The position numbers and the translations under genes were made by a program. Shown piece after piece: positions 63,269 to 64,000 of a DNA stretch of 64,000 nt; the stretch's first letter is position 1; every line of letters begins with the position of its first letter. Origin of the DNA: Balanoglossus misakiensis. Lineage: Eukaryota > Animalia > Hemichordata. The notes beneath the pieces were generated by a model. The model ran no database searches, had not been told where the DNA came from, and was given only the letters and a program-made list of their open reading frames with translations. The DNA is taken from the NCBI GenBank assembly GCA_040954595.2, contig CM082591.2:6640695-6704694 (forward strand), written 5' to 3'.

Positions 63269-64000
63269 GCCTTTATTTCCAATTAATGTTGACATGTACG
63301 TTCGAGGGAAATTCATAGAGCATGTGTTTACTATGTAGCTCATGTCATCTAGATGTATCATACACGAAATCACCACTTTTCACCACTGACCTTTTTGGTG
63401 GAGCGCGCACACACATTAAATTGCACAGCAAATGACTTTATGCAAGAATTCCCTGTATTCTTGATTCATAAAAATGTCTAAAACAGTGATTATGTCCCTT
63501 AAAATGGTTACAACTGTAACAATGTAAAATGCCAGATTGGTGCTTCTCATAAAAGGTACGCAAATGCGCATAAATATTTTATTCTTGCACTTTTGTACGC
63601 GTCGTGCCTTACGTGCTTATCGAGGAACCTCACAATAAATGGCTGTACCATATTGTACTTTTGGCATTGCTCATATTTCAGGGCATCATCACTCTCCATG
63701 TAACATACCTCAGGCGCCGATGCTGGTGACTTCGTGCATGCGTCAGTTTGCTCGTTTCCAGCTGCAACAACCACGATATATCCAGCAGTGGTCAAACGCT
63801 GAACTGCCAAATTCACAGCTGCGGAAGATCCACCACCCAATGACATAGAAGCCACTGCAGGTAACATGTTTGAAGCGGCAAGGTAATCCATAGCTTTGAA
63901 GATAAAATGGTCATAAATTAAAAGAAATGTAGGAACCTGTCGAAAAAATCCTGCCTCATGTCATTGTATTTAAAACCTTCCAGAACCTAACATTTGTACA
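60686..64000. repeat. Segmental (tandem gene) duplication matching parts of ~45876-52200
   Basis: 60686-60940 ~ 45876-46140; 60916-61590 ~ 46620-47330; 62095-63200 ~ 49147-50375; 63266-64000 ~ 50630-50990 plus 51839-52190. Confidence 0.88.
62383..63893 (-). CDS. Second, tandemly duplicated S8 subtilase paralog (3' exons only; 5' part beyond window end)
   Basis: Exons 63709-63893 (SMSLGGG..AAGNEQTDACTKSPASAPE), 63024-63195 ([12 protein letters not shown]) and 62383-62541 have the same lengths (185, 172, 159 nt) and phases as exons 6-8 of the first copy; the introns also align. Confidence 0.9.

Overview
Eukaryotic, AT-rich, intron- and repeat-rich animal DNA, most likely an ambulacrarian such as an enteropneust hemichordate (inferred from the Alx homeodomain signature and gene content; not proven). 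Four spliced genes lie on the minus strand. (1) An Alx-family (Alx4/Alx1-like) paired-class homeobox gene with an OAR domain: coding exons 24900-25228, 6954-7085 and 6104-6466, with a 17.8-kb intron; the first exon is unresolved. (2) An uncharacterised ~800-aa type II membrane protein (44655-34918): signal-anchor, four tandem ~135-180-aa Cys-containing domains I cannot name, a C-type lectin domain and a C-terminal Cys-rich CDDGG module. (3) A secreted proteinase K/PCSK9-type S8 subtilase with propeptide and two PAN/Apple domains (54045-47686). (4) The 3' part of a tandem paralog of that subtilase (63893-62383, running off the window) with no visible PAN exons. Non-coding DNA is packed with non-autonomous DNA transposons: about 12 copies of a ~360-bp fold-back TTAA element, other TTAA (Kolobok-like) families, TAG-terminal elements with 9-bp TSDs, and AT-TSD elements whose empty sites are visible in paralogous segments. 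There are also a truncated L1/Tx1 LINE, a probable LTR remnant and micro/minisatellites. All gene models were assembled by hand from GT-AG sites and frame continuity; no database search was run.
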